Shown in pieces: positions 14,162-29,600 of a stretch of DNA of 64,000 nt. Made by a program: the position numbers and the translations under genes. Each line of letters begins with the position of its first letter. Position 1 is the stretch's first letter. The stretch is from assembly GCA_003344405.1 (NCBI GenBank), contig NOWV01000024.1:434001-498000 (forward strand). Reading direction: 5' to 3'. The stretch comes from Trichoplax sp. H2. Lineage: Eukaryota. The notes beneath the pieces were generated by a model. The model did not search any database and had not been told where the DNA came from. It worked only from the letters and a program-made list of their open reading frames with translations.

Positions 14162-17100
14162 TCTTGAGAATAAATTAAAAATGCGAAGGATAGATGTAGT
14201 TAGGAATAAGATTTAAGCCAAGATAGTGCTATGCTATGTCAATGGTTTATAAGCATACCACTGCTGCGGGTCATTAAAGTGTTGCGAAACAGTATCAAAC
14301 AGTTCAGAATAGCAAGAATATTATTTGGAAGCCATATTTAGATAAATTTCCCCGCTCTTGAAAAATTGTTACACTTCTAGCGGGCCGTGATTCTTAACTA
14401 AAATTATATTGACGCAATGATAAACTATGACACCTACGAGCATTAAATATACAGTAGCAAATAACATTAGCTTCTAACACTGGATCTATGCGTAGTTAAT
14501 CTGCATCTTCATTTTAACTGTTGAACAGACTAAAGACTAATTAAACTTGAAGTTAAAAGAAAATAGAAGTAGTCGTAGCTTTAAATCAGCAATCATGGAC
14601 AAATACAATAGTTTTGATTACATTGTTACTAATACTGCCAACGTGAAATTAATTTAAATTTAACATTTAAAATATTGACAAATTATTTGCATCTTTTACT
14701 AATCAAAATATTCTGATCCATATCTTGCGTAGATTACTCTTATTACTAAAACAAGTAAATATCTTAACTATTTAAGTTATAGGTTGCAAGTAAATCACGT
14801 TCAATTATAAGTTCTTAAACACCATAATCATTTCGGACCACAGTGTTGTAAAACAGTAACTTTGCCTCCGTCATTAGATATTACAAGATGCAAATAATAG
14901 CGTATTTACTTACTTGTATAGCGATCGATTCAATGAATTACAAGATGTATAAGTGTGATGGCAGACAATTGTTTAATCAAACTCCTACTGTACTGAATGC
15001 TTAAAATGGTGATAGAAATAAATTCTTGAAATAAGAATCTCGCTGAATCGTATAAATGATAATGCAAGCGTGATTAAACCAGTCAACTATAAGCGTAAAC
15101 TTTTAACTATAAATAGATAGTCTACACTATTATCTTGTTCCATTTTATTGCTACTAAAACCCTGTACGATTAGTACTAAGGATTGGGATTATGATATCCT
15201 TGACGTAGAATGGTTGGCATGGCAATGAGGCCATAAAACACATTGAGCATGCGTATTAATTTCGATTGTTTATCTTCCACCTTCAAATTTCTGGTATGTC
15301 AACTTGTATTTGCCTAAAATCTCACATTTTATTAAGAAATGAAGCTAACTGGCAAAGATTATCATATCAGAATCTAAAATAGTAAATTAATTCGGAGTTT
15401 TTCACCATTTTAATTTTAGTATCATCATTGCTAGACTTAATCAGCAAGATTGGTTCCAGTTACAAATTCCTACCATATTCTTACTTTAAGCTAATCGAAT
15501 TATAAAATACTTTGCAATAGTTATGATATTTAACCAGCAGATAGATGCATTACTTAATTAGGATATTTTATGTGAATTAGCATGGAATTTGACCATGCTA
15601 CTGTGAATATTATTTTAATGTTAGCAGTTGAAAACGAAGCTTGAATAACGTATTATATTAAAATGTTGAATAATTCAAAACATCTGACTAATATAAATTA
15701 TGTAACTAATACGAAGGTTATCTGCATCTTGCAAGGATCTGAGAAGAATTAATAATATTTATATGAATTATCAGTCAGCTGTAGCAAGTCAATTACCTTG
15801 ACAATCTGCTGCTGAAATGTTATTACTTACAGAAGCCTGCATTCTCAGCATAATATAGTAAATAGAGCAATTCGATAGCGAACCGATCTAGTAAGTGCAG
15901 AGTATTCAACTAGTTTAATTATTACCTTAAACATCTCTAGAAATATTAATAACGAAATTACAATTATCATTTAAAATTAAATTTTCTAGCCTATTTTCCG
16001 CTAATTTGAGTTGATATCACATTAATTCAAATAGAAATTTATCTACGTGATAACTCGTTAAGTAAAGAAATAAGATTATTACCACCATCATTCACCCCCA
16101 ATCATTCTTCCAGTTTACTTTTCTCTAAGGAGGAACAGTCTTGGCCGAAAAAATATCCTACTAATTTTAACATAATCAACTTTAGTGTGGTAGCTACATA
16201 AGAAAGTCCTGCAAGCTAAGTACTAAAATGATGAGCTAATAAATTCACAGTCAATCATTATTATCACTTACTCTATCAATATTAGTCTTGATGGAATGAG
16301 AATATGATATTATTCATTGCTGCATAACTGAAGAATCGACCCAAGTCATTTTAGAACAATAGTTCATACACTATCTGTTTATAATAATTAGTAAAATTAT
16401 ATATCAAACTCGTAATGCATTTGCTTGTTCAACTTCCAGCTCGTATAAAACGAATTGTGAAAATTTGTACAAATAGAGACCGTAACAATCTACCAACGCG
16501 TAATCCCTTTTACATTACGAGAGATTACGATAAAAGAATAATTTAAAGTTTATGATCAAGACTTTGTACTGCTAGATCTATATCGAGTTGGTATCTGTAT
16601 TTATGGCAATCAAATTGAACGATTTGAACATATTATGGATCACCTGGGAATCCGTCTTCTTTTACCTTTAATATGCCTTATCATGAGTGCATATAACATT
16701 AATATGGAATGCTACTAATATTTCTCGCATTCCAATAAAATGATTACAGTAGAAACGGACTATGGGTTTCTTTATTGCCTCTTTTTACCCCTTCATGTGT
16801 TATCACATGAATATGTAAAATTATTATGGAACAGTATCGTAACTTAATAAGAAAGTAACAATATAAAGAGACTAGAGCATTTTCATCGCCTCCTTTTACT
16901 TCTTACATGTCATGTCACGAGTTAACGTATGTCACAAACCGGCTTCGTGACAAGGATAACGTAAAATAAATCTCTTAATTACTATAGTCTCCGGGATTCA
17001 GTATCCCTTAATTACCTCACAAGAATTTAGACGTCTTTTATTCTACGTTAAACTCAACTAGACAATTGGGAACTACTTTATTCAACTATCTGACGGGCTT

Positions 17101-20100
17101 ATATACCCTTCTACAGCAGCTAACATTCATGAGTCATCTTATAAAAATACTTATGTGAGAACAACTACTAACTAATTTTTCACCGTCGGATTACAATATA
17201 TCCATTCACAGAATCATTTCAGAGCACATTACAGCACAGCATTAAATTTACTGTAACACATTTATAATTAGAGTAATTCCTATTGTAAGTAGCTAGTTGT
17301 AATATATTATCACTATATTATATTAATCAAATTTAGAGAGCTGTTTCTTCACAGTAGTTCGTACCGTGACAACGTAATATTAATGTAAAATAGTACTGGT
17401 ATTCTATATCAATAAAAAGAGGTTGCAATACAAACATAATGCAGGTTTGACGATAGTTATTAAATTCATAACATTAAAAGCCTCTCCAGTCGGTAATATC
17501 AATTATCACGTTCTTCTATCCATTGTACATTAAATTTAAACCAGGCGCGAAATATAAAACACGGTTTCAAACCGAAATTAAACAAAAAGTAATAGTTCGT
17601 ATAGAGAGAACAGAAGATGAACTAAATGAGATGGAATACAAAATCAATAAAGAGTCGCTATCCCAACGGTTCGATTACTACTTACTGCTTAATTCACGCT
17701 TGATATTGTTATACGCATAAAAGCATTTTAATGGCATCGTAAAGGATGATCAGTAATTGAAAATTGTCCAATTATTTCCATTATGAACTCGACCAATACA
17801 TAGAGAAAGACTATCCACCAAAACAGGTGCAAGCTCTCCAACTGCAGTTATAAATAATAGGCCCATGATGACGTCACATCAATTGATGAGCGGAATAATA
17901 GATATCGGTCATTTCTATATCAATAAAATTATTGTTACCTAACGCGTTATCTATATAACGGTATTCAAGCGTCGAATAGGATAATCATGGCCTATATGAA
18001 CAACTGGTTTTAAATTAATCATCATCATCATTAGTATAGCTACATAAGACACGTCTAGAAACTAGGTAATAGATAGGACTTGGGTTCTATTATTGTATAA
18101 GATTGAAAAAATATTTTCCATTTTTTCTATGCACAGGTAAATAGAGTCGAAATCATCCTTTATGAGCAACGTTAATAAACAGGTTTAACTTTTTCCTGAC
18201 AGATAATCATTATATCATTGCTGACTTGAAATCAACTGATTTGAACAACGCTCTATCGATTCTTGATCGCTTTCCTTCCATTTTCGATCGTCAATGTTAC
18301 TATTAGCATCGATTTGAGTAACAAGAAAACGCTTGAAATATTAGTATACGAAAAAAACTCTAAATTATCTATTTTACAAAAGATCTACAACCATCCAGTT
18401 ATTCCCGTAAGTATGATCTATTCATGAACCGATTCAACCGATGTCTTTGGCTTTGCTTTTACTCTTTCCTTGTCTGACGTATAGTTAGCGTTTAACTTAA
18501 CTATGAGTTTTGGTAATTGTTATATAATTTAGTGGTGGATTAGGATTGTGACTATTGAAGCAGAGAGTATCTAAACTTTAGCATTTTTTGTTTCATAGTT
18601 GCCAATAGTATATAAAATCGATTTAAATTGGACATTAGAAAATTTGCTATACCACACTTCAGAAACTCTACTAATTTCATAGGAGTTAAGCCATCGATAT
18701 AGTCGCATAGATAAGAGTAGCACTAGAAGCTGAAATCGAATAGCGTAGTCCTGCACCGGTTTTAAAAAATTCTAACTAATACTGAATTAAAATTGAGTAT
18801 GAATACGTTACGGAACATCTTGATAATGCTTGCATTTCCCTTCACATGATATAAGAATAACTTTAATATATTTTTCCTATAAGAAGGATAATTATGGACC
18901 TAAAATTAAAGTATAATAATTATCTCATAAGTTGGTATGCTTATTACAAACTCTTGTTTATGATAGCTTGTTTCACAAATGAATTGAAATTCAATCTCTT
19001 AAAACTAATAAGGCAACTACGGTATTTCAAGGCCATCCTTTGATGAAAAAGGGGATAAACTATACACGTTAGAGTAGAATCTCGTTTTATTACGTCATGT
19101 AAAGCTATCTGCTAAAGCCAGAAATTAATTTAAATATTCTAGGTATGTAGTTAAATTACCCAAAATTACTAATTACATAAGCACATCTATGAAACGCTTT
19201 AAAGTGAATTTAAATCGTAGCTTTTGATATTTTCTGGATATCATGCAACCTTTCGCACGTACAACTTTAACTTTTAGATAGTAAAATGATAACAAAAACA
19301 GTACTTTTACTTTTAAAGGTAACTGAAAGCACATTTGACCAATGTTGTAAGTTTAATATTGTATATAGCGAATTTCCGTATTTGATCGACAGTTTAAGAC
19401 TAAAGAAAGTATAAGTTTCTCTATCTTCGTCATCTTTCTATTTGGTTCTTAAGAATATTCAGTATTTCGGTTATAAGTTAGAATTTAATTATCTTCAAAC
19501 TTACTAAAACTAGTCCTTTAGTGAAACAAATATGGAGCAACTTTTACCCGATTTTAGGCCAACTATGTACCTTAATAATGAATTCTTCATTTATCCCTTA
19601 TTTTATTACTGTTAGTAATTCTTTTATCAATTTCTCCGCATGATTCGATAGATGTTCTGTTCTGAATTCAAATCAATCATCTATAATTTATTCGATTGGT
19701 TACTTGATCTTATTAAAAGAAGTTCTTATTAAACTGTAAATAAATGGTGGAGGCGATAAAAGTTTAAGAAAACTGAATCGCTCATTCATTAGTAAAATCA
19801 TAGCATCATCATATAACCTATGCTATGTTATCCTTTACCAAATCCAAAGGAGAGATTTAATATCGTTAGTACTCAAGCATACCGTATAGCAAAATTTTTA
19901 TAGGGAAAATAATAAGTATTTGTAAATAATCGCACCGTGATATTTTAATAGTGCTTCCTGATATCAAAAATTTACACGGATCATGAATATAAATACTAAT
20001 GCACTAGTGCATCATACTAAAATTAAAAGAGCCCTTAAAAATAGACCGTGAATAATCTCTTTTACTATTAGATTTTACACAACTTATCCGAAGACAGTCC

Positions 20101-20624
20101 TTCAAATGTTAATTTCTCGTGTATTTATCTAGTTTTGACGTCATTAAGCGACAGCTTCTTCATATTTCTAATCAGGGTTCCTAGTTGGTTAAGAATGTCA
20201 TACCTTACCGAAATATATTAATTCGAATTATACTTAATATCCCATAATACCAAATCTTCTGTCGAAGCTTAATATTTAGAAGAGTTACTTTCGATAGTAT
20301 TTAATTCAATCAATCGTATAGAATAAGATATCTATAATCTATTATTTGGATTAATAACTCGTTACATATCCGATCATATTGCTGAAAAAATATATGAAAA
20401 CATCCTATTTGTATTTTTAGAGCTAATGATAGATAGTGTTGTTGAAAAGGACCGAAAATTGAAATTTTTTTCTCTGCTCTAAATTTTAAACTTATAGCTG
20501 CAATTTATGTCTAATTGAACTATTACTGATCTTACTCGAATTCTCAAATGATTATAACTTCTGTGGAATGATTTGGTGATAGAAAATATCTAATTTCGCT
20601 TTTATTTGCTTGTAGATTATAGAA

Positions 20625-23600
20625 ATGATGTCACAACAACGCAAATTCCTGACAACTGTGGCATTTTTAGCCTTTATTGGCATTTTCAACAGCCATGTTA
20701 TTCGTGGGCAACAATTTAATCTTGAAAAGTAAGTAAAATTGCGGATGTGATCTATTATTCGATAACAAGGAACACAAAAATGTGTCTTTACAGCCTATAC
20801 TGCTAGATATTAGATTTTTAATCTTAAAATAAGATTTTTGGGAATAATACCATATAAATATCATCGATGCAATCTTTAAATGCCTATTCAGTCATATCAT
20901 GAAAAGGTCTCCTATGATAAATACAAGTCAGGTTTGACTTTATGGTAGTAGCACTTTCATTGAAAGTAGATGAAATATTTCTATCAGTTTTGGTTTCATA
21001 GCTGATTGCCATTCTTGTTTAATCTTTATAAATGATTACTGCTTCTGCTTATAATTTATATACGGATTAAAAATGAGGTTTACACTATACAGTATAGACG
21101 AGTATAGTCCTAATTTAATTATACTATAATTTAATCGATGTAAATAACCTATCAAAGTTTCTAAAAAATTCTTGGCATGAAAGAACTCGAATAGTGAACT
21201 CGTCCAAATTAGTAACCAATAGTCAAACTAAGAATTTATAGCCTTAAGCAACTTTAAATGAGGGATTCAATATTATGAACGCGTAGTATAATTACGCTGC
21301 TCTTAATTTCAAGTAGCATATTTAGTCTACCTTAGCAAAATATGTGTCTTTCATAACAAAAAGAGCATGAACCGCTAATAATAATTTTCCAGGTCAAAGC
21401 CGGCCCCGATGATTAATGATACTAACCAATCTACCTTTCTATTATGATCTAAGTCTTAACTCGTTACTACTTGTATTACAGCATTAATTTATGGGCTGAC
21501 CAAATTGGAAATGAATTAAATCGAATTGGATATGAAATTTTAGATTTGAATAAAATTGAGAATGTAAGTGAAAGTTTTTGATGATATTCACAGGTAGCAT
21601 TTTGCTAGAAATTGATAACAATAAATTTTATTTTGATTATTTAATTCTAATATAGCTATAAGCTTTAGCCGGTATAATTACGATTAAAACGTTAAAAATC
21701 AATGCAGAAAGCAATAATAAGGATGTCTAATATAATTCAATTTATGATAAATATTTCTTCAAAATATCAATCAGAGATTCATGCTGCTATTGTATTTAAG
21801 CTGAAAGCTTTGAATTTTTTCTTACAGATATATCAAAAGCAAGATTTATATGTTCAGAATTTGAATGGATCATTTCTCATCCAACAGCTTGCTAGAAATT
21901 TACGTGAAACATTCTCTACTAAAGTTGCGGCTCTTCAGGTAAATTTGATTTACTGTATCAATCTTAGTCTAATGTTAACTATAAGACGAAATACTGTCAA
22001 ACTATCTATAAATTTGGTCTGAATAACTTGACTTAGCTGATATATAGTTATAGATAAATGTTCATGCTTAATCTTACTCTTTAAGGCTGTCATTATTGGA
22101 GTTTATTATTACTATATCATGCCGTATGCAAATAGTAATGTAAAAATTATCAAACTTTTTAGACTTTACACAACAAATAAGAGTAAAATAATCAAAAATT
22201 GAACAAGCTAGAAGAATAAAAATATTTCACTGATTATAAGGCTCTAACTTTCTTGTCCAATAGTAAGATAATTTCAGTTTTCAATTTTGTTTTCCTCCTA
22301 TATTTGAATAGAATCTGGTCGATGCTGTTCAAATATTAGCTAATGATAAATTGACCAACTTGACGGAGTTAAGACAGGTGAGAATAGCTTATTTTAACTT
22401 GCTAGTGTTATTTAACCTGACATTAAAGTTATACTTGTTGCATTATTCGTTTAGCTACATTACTATGACTCTTTAAGTTCTAATATAACCAGCGAACTGA
22501 CTATGACATACAGCACGAAATTTAAGACGCTTATTAATTCAAGTCTGAGTGTTATTCAAATTCCTACCAATGTTTATTCCGGAAGTAAGATAAAATTTAA
22601 TACTAAATGGGATAACATGGCTATTCGAAGATTAAATTTTCATTAAGCTTTCGAAGTAGAATTCTAAATCTATATTTTACAGGTCGCAGTATTTTGGCAA
22701 CAATTGAATATACAAAAAATCTGAATGATTATTTTATTGAAAACTACAATAATGATCCAAACTTAAGAAACCAGTATTTTGGTGGGAATGACGGAGTTTT
22801 TCGCACATTTCCAGGTTAGAGATTCTTTCTAACTAAAAGTATGAATGCTTTAATACTCGATAGTTTTGGATAGTTTCTATTAATTATGCGGAATTAGCAC
22901 GGATATTTAACATATCTATATGGATTCCGTGGTAAGGTTCATCTATAATGACAATTTTTATCTATCCTTTATCTTGTCAAAATAATCTGCAGGAAGACCA
23001 TGGCCCAAGGATGAAAGTGGGATCGTCTTATACGATTGCCGACAACGTGGATGGTAAGAACGATATCAGAAAATATTGCTTAGAACATAAAAATTTTAGA
23101 GCCGAGTAAACTAGAAAATAGTTACATATATAATAGCTCAGCTTATACGAACCACAGCATAGAAGCAGTAGCTGCTTCTATATCTTTAAACCATTTATTT
23201 TCGATAAGTAATACTACAGCGACAAATAAGCAATAGCCAAGTGCATATATTATATTTTGCAATGAAGGTATATTTTAGGTTCGGATTCTCCTAAGAATGT
23301 GATTATCTTGATTGACAGGTAAACATCATACTAATATATCTAAGTAGTGAATACTACTCATCGCTGTGCATTTAATCGTACTTAATCTTCATCTAATAGC
23401 TCTTATTGACCGAACTATATTCTTGTGGTTGTAGAAGTGGCAGTATGAGAGGAATGCCGTTAGCAATTGCTAAGTGGGGTACATCCAATCTTCTTGATAC
23501 ATTGAATCAGAATGATTTTTTTACTATCCTAACGGTAAAGGATATTATCCATAATAGATAATCAGAATATTTCTTTAGTTATGAGGATAGTACAAGTTAC

Positions 23601-26600
23601 AGAGATGCCTTTTTTTACTAATTAGTTTAACGAAAGTATAACTCCAGTAATTGATTGCTATACAAACTTAATTCAAGCTACTGATGAAAATAAAAAGGTA
23701 AAAAGCTACTTGTATAAATTGTATGTGTGGAAATATAAAGTATTGTATCGATTTAATACATGATTCGTTGCTTAATACTTTGGATTTGTTTACTATACGC
23801 TATATCTAATAGTCAAATAAATTTATTCATGCAAATTAGCTTTATAAAACCTATCTTGAAAAATTTACCGATGGTGGTCGGGCGGATTTCAACCATTCTT
23901 ACGCTATGGCATTTGACTTGCTGCAAAATGCAAAAACACAATCATTTCGTCATAGTGCAAAATGTCAGGAAGCGATTGTTTTATTTACTGATGGCGCTGC
24001 TCAGTACACTGAAAAATTACTCGCAGAAAGAAATAGCGAGAAAAAGGTTAAAGTAAAAATTTTTAACACGTATTCGCATAGTTAATATCTTGCCATGGAA
24101 GAGTACATGCTGTTATATAAGAATGTGAAGATGTTTAATAATTAGAGCGTTAACATCAACTGTTACAATTTTAGAAGATTTTCAGTAATAAATTAATCCA
24201 GATTGATTCTTTATCTCCATCATTCAATTTAAAATCTGCCATAAGTATCTGTACTGACGTGATGAATTATAGTATTGACAGAACATCTTTATCGCTAACA
24301 GTTAAACGAAACTAATTCAGGCAACTAGTTTCTTATTACTCATTAACAACTATTTTATGGCACTGCAGTGGCAGAAGCCATATCTTTGCTTCTCTTAAAT
24401 TCAATTTTAGTAGTATAACACCAAGCCAATCTGGCTATATTCCGATCTATGACAGATCAATTGTTTGCTCACGATAGAATAACTAAATTTTTAATCTTTA
24501 GATTCGCATTATTACATTTGTCGTTGGTCCTCAATTTTATGACACCGTTCCTATCGAAAAATTGACGTGTGAATATAATGGTAAAAGTTTGGATTAATCT
24601 AATAATTATCGATATTCTCTATATCCTACTACAAACTTATATTATCTTTACTCCGTGTATAACACGCATGTACCATTATTTTAAGCCGAATAAACCTATC
24701 TAAGATATTAATTCTTTTAATCTATTACTCTTAAAATTATCTAACAAATGGCAGGTTTTCTTGGTAAGATACCCAGCATGGGCGAAGTTGGAGACGCTAT
24801 TCGGGTATGTGGCATAGATGTTGCATTATAGTTATAGTAAATTGATCAAAATAAGGCTAGTGTAATTAAATATATCATAATTATTCCATAGCAATATACA
24901 GAAGTTATGAATAGACCACTATTAAACGACAAAAACCATCCGGTAAAATGGACAAGCGTATATTGGGACAAACTGGTAAGTTTGATTACAAACATGCCAC
25001 CGATCATAGAGAAATTAATGTCCTAAATAATATGAAACACTGAAACTGATACCGATATTTATAATATGAAATCGAATCTGACCTAATCTTATTATAGGGA
25101 ATGGGACTGGTAACCACTGCTGTAATGCCAGCATTTAGATTTAATTTAACTGTGAGTTTCCTATAAATTATTTTACTTTATACGCGTATACATCTTTGCA
25201 TACTTCCTCTGCCTTGGTGTTGATAAAGACTTTTACTTCGATTTTATAATTTTACTAACAATCTCTTGATTCTAGGCGAGTTTAAACCCTGAACAACTCT
25301 TGGGAGTTATGGCTACGGATGTTCCCATCGAAATGTTTCAGCAATGTGTTCCTCAGCACCTAGTAAAGTTAAAATAGATGTGCATGCAATCCCTACATTC
25401 AATTAATGCTATCTAGACACAAAATAAATTAGAAATTAAAAGATTATGATAATCTACGTACTTTTCTTTGCTAATTTGATATAGCTTCTACCTAATGGAT
25501 ACGCATTTGTGATCGATAATAATGGTTTAGTTTTGTTTCATCCGGGTATAAGAGCAACGGTAAATGATATGTAATAAATTTTAGATAAACTGTCCACTAA
25601 ACATGCAATACTATGTGCGTGCGATTTAGTAAAAGTTCATTAACTCAATAAATCCTTACTTGGATCTAACTAAAATTTTTTCGTCACTGCAGGATGGCTA
25701 TATTGACAATCCACCACCAGTTGACATCATTCATCTAGAATATGGAAGTAGAATTGAAGAGGTATGAGAATTTTAAAGCAAACCGTAAAGGATAAATCTT
25801 TCAGTGCTATATCTTTCTAGCGCTATTAATCATATTGTGCATAAACATAATTGAAGATTGGAGCAACAGAGAATATATTCTTTCATATTCGCTTTATCTA
25901 CACATTTCTAGCTTCGTAAAGCTATGATTGATAGATTATCAGGCTCAATGACTATGGAAACTAAGCTTTTGTACAGAAATTATGAAAAGGTAAAGAATTT
26001 GAGTCATAACTTTAAGCTACTTTGAACCAGTCATTTAGTTGGTTTAGTAATAATGGATCATATTCAATTAATTCAGGGGCAAGGAGTCGTTAAAAGGATG
26101 ACCTATCACTTCATGCCTGTTGTTAATACCAGCTATAGGTAAATGCATGTTGATATCTGAAAAATTTTATTTCGCTTCAACTCTATTGTTGGCAATATTT
26201 GCTATTGTCAAAATAAAATATATAATCTAACATTTTCTAAATTGTAAAAGCAATTCGCCTAAAGTTTGAATACAGGGCTTAAAGTACATTATTTTGTTAA
26301 TAATTTAGCGTGGCTATCGCCATTGAAGATAATACTGGAATACCAATATCTAATTCATGCTATAGTAAAGGTATTTATCCATACTTATAACAAAAATGTA
26401 TTCCGGTTTAATTATAAAGACAGTCATAATAGAGGTAGTATTCAAGAATATTTACGATATTCAATGCAAAGAGTTCTTGTATAATCTTATTTTTTAGGTC
26501 TAGAATATCTAAATAATATGACAAAAAGTGAAATAACAACTAAAATACTAGACTGGTAAGATTTATTATATCTTGAATCCAGTCTCTACCTACTTAACAC

Positions 26601-29600
26601 TTCTTTTGCAATAATAACCATCTTTCCAAGAACAAAATTTTTAAAATTTGCTATTCTCACTCTAGGTTACATTGTCATGGTGATAATTTACATCAATCAA
26701 GCAAATATGATAAAAAATTTTCTAAAAACTGCTATCACGAAGTTACTGGAGGCCTCATCAAAAGCAAACAGGATTTTGATAAATACTGTAAATTTTAGTA
26801 ACTACAATTAGCTGAAAAATGCTAGCAACAGAATAGATTAGATGGATGGAACATTAGTCCATATAATTGATGCTACCGTTATGTAACTACTACTTCAATT
26901 ACTAACAAAAACGGTTTCAAATTTAGGTAATCAAGCATTGTTCAAGCAGCTTCTACAAGATGCTCATTCCGTGGATACATTAAAGCCTCCTCAACCCGCA
27001 TTACAAGATGATGCAGTTGCAAAGTAAATACCAATTATTACCACACTTCTACAACATGTATCAACTCTACACTATAATTTATTATTATTAATTTAGTGAT
27101 ATTAAATTGATTTTGAAATATTCATCCTATATCCTAATATCAATAGGTGATATTTAATAGCTGTTTCGTTTTAATTTAATTTTACTTCATACAACCAACA
27201 GCCGTGAAGGTATTTGTGACACGTTTATTAGTACCTTCTCTGGATTGACAAAATATTATACATTGATCAGGTAAAAAAAGAAATGTGACTAAAAAAACTT
27301 ATAGATAGGCATTAGTAAAACAGATTTCACTAAAGTTAGTATATCTAATCATTGTGATTTTACAAAAGTAAGTTATCATTATAATTTGATAGTGGTCAGC
27401 GTTGCTGTAGCATCCTTGGATCACGCCAATGCCTCGAGAAGGGCAAGTAAGTATTTTTAGTAAATGTACTATCTTAGCAGCATTTGGAACTTACAGTAGC
27501 AGTAGTATTACGGTTACTTAATGATTAATTGAAATTGTCTTGAGATTTTCTTAAATACAATGGACACTAATCAATTAGAAAGATAAATCTTCAATAAATT
27601 ATAGAAGCAAAGTTAACTTTCTAAAAGCCTTACATCATCCAAGAGCTACTAATAAATTTTGCGCTATTCTTCCTAAATCTATGCAGCCTACCTTTTTGTA
27701 CTTTATTTAAATTAATACTATATATGGCAGAGAGTTCGAGGAATCAGTGGTAACAAAGTCAGTTGCTATTAAGAGATTGACATAAACTATTTATTAGAAA
27801 GATCTCTTTGTTATAGACTTTCAACATGTAATAATGAGGCAGTTAATAAAGAATAGAGCGCATGTTTGTCGTGGCGATGTTATCTAAGAAGCGCTAACAC
27901 TTAGGGCTATTGCAGTTATTGAGATCTGAGTCAAAAGTCAGCAGTATTTGCAACTTTGAAGATGGAATACGTACAGAAAGTAACATTGTAGAACCAAATC
28001 GATACATGCCAAAATTTTCGATGGCAAAGCGAATATGATAATTAAATAATAAAAATTAAAATAACTACAATATATTTTAATCTAAGCTAAAATCAATGAC
28101 TTATAGCGTACATCTATGAAACTTGTTTACGATTGAATACTTACCGTATAAACTTGAATTACTAATTGCTGTTCCTTAGGGTGATTCATTTTAGCTATAA
28201 TGCAAAGTTCTGATATTATTTTACTGGTAAATGGAAATTTCCAATCATTTTACATTTGAAATTTAATATAATCATTCATTCATTATACTAGCGGCATAGA
28301 AGTTAAAAACACTTCTCGGCAAGACCATCTCTACGATCGTATTGTTTCCAAATTATCTGTTAATCAAAGTCTTTTCACCTACCGTCTACAGCATCGGATA
28401 GGTAATGAGCTAATATATATGAATGGTTTATTTCTTTGTCGCTCAATTTAGAATTTCGAAACTCCTTTAATGAATACATTAATGTATCTTTTAACAATTT
28501 TAGTCCTTTCTGCTGGTTTTTATACTAACATACTTTACAATATTGACAATTAGGAACATACTACTCCTTCCTAGTTACAAAGCCGATCATCATCGGTAAA
28601 TCAAACAAATTTCTTCGGGCAGGTAAATTTTGAGTATTTCAGTAGTTCACATAAGACCAAATTGGAAACGGTATTTAATAACTTGGCAAAAATGAAATCC
28701 GTCGATAAATCATTTACTATTTTCTGAGCTAATTAATAATTGTATTCTTGTCAGTGGCCGGTATGGAAATGACATTTCGACGATTTCGCTCCATTATTAC
28801 ATCCGTTCCATTATTGGTAAAATAACATATTATTTAAAATAATTTTATCTCATATATTTGATAGCAAGCTTTAATTTCTTTTCCTAGAACGAAAATCCAA
28901 CATTAAACTGTTTCAATTTAACTAATAAAAATAAGGTAGAAATATTTATAAACAAAGTCTAATAATAAAACTTTTTCTAGTGGATTGGAAAAACTGTTTT
29001 TGAAATTAATTTAGTACTCCTTTCCTGATGTATTGATCTCCGTCCACATTTTTGTTACGTTAGGGGATGACATGCTTTATTTTAGACGAAAATGCTTTTG
29101 TCTTAGATACCAATTTAGAAATAGCAGAGGTAACATTTTTCAAAATACTTTCATGCAATACTGCTTAGAAAATATATGTCATACAATCCACGAATATGTT
29201 TATTTCCTTTACTTAACAAGATTGGAAAGTCCTTGGCCATCGTGGATAATCAATTGCTAGAAAGCTTAATTGCACACGATGTCTATACTAGGTGATTATA
29301 TTAAACACTAATCCAATAGTGAGCAGTGGAAACAGTCAAATATAACAAAGATGACTTGAACTACTTCATCGAAATTCAAGAATTATCGAAAATATACAAA
29401 ATGTACAGTATGTATGTTGTCAAAAATTGACGATATAATGATTGTTATATCCTTGTAGAAATATCATATGGGATTACCAAGGAGTATGTTCTAATGCTCA
29501 GACTTCCAATTCCGCCTCAAGGATTATGAATGTAAATAAGATTATCTAGTAATTTTACTATAGCAGGATACTTATCAGTATTTTCTTTCTATTATATTAA

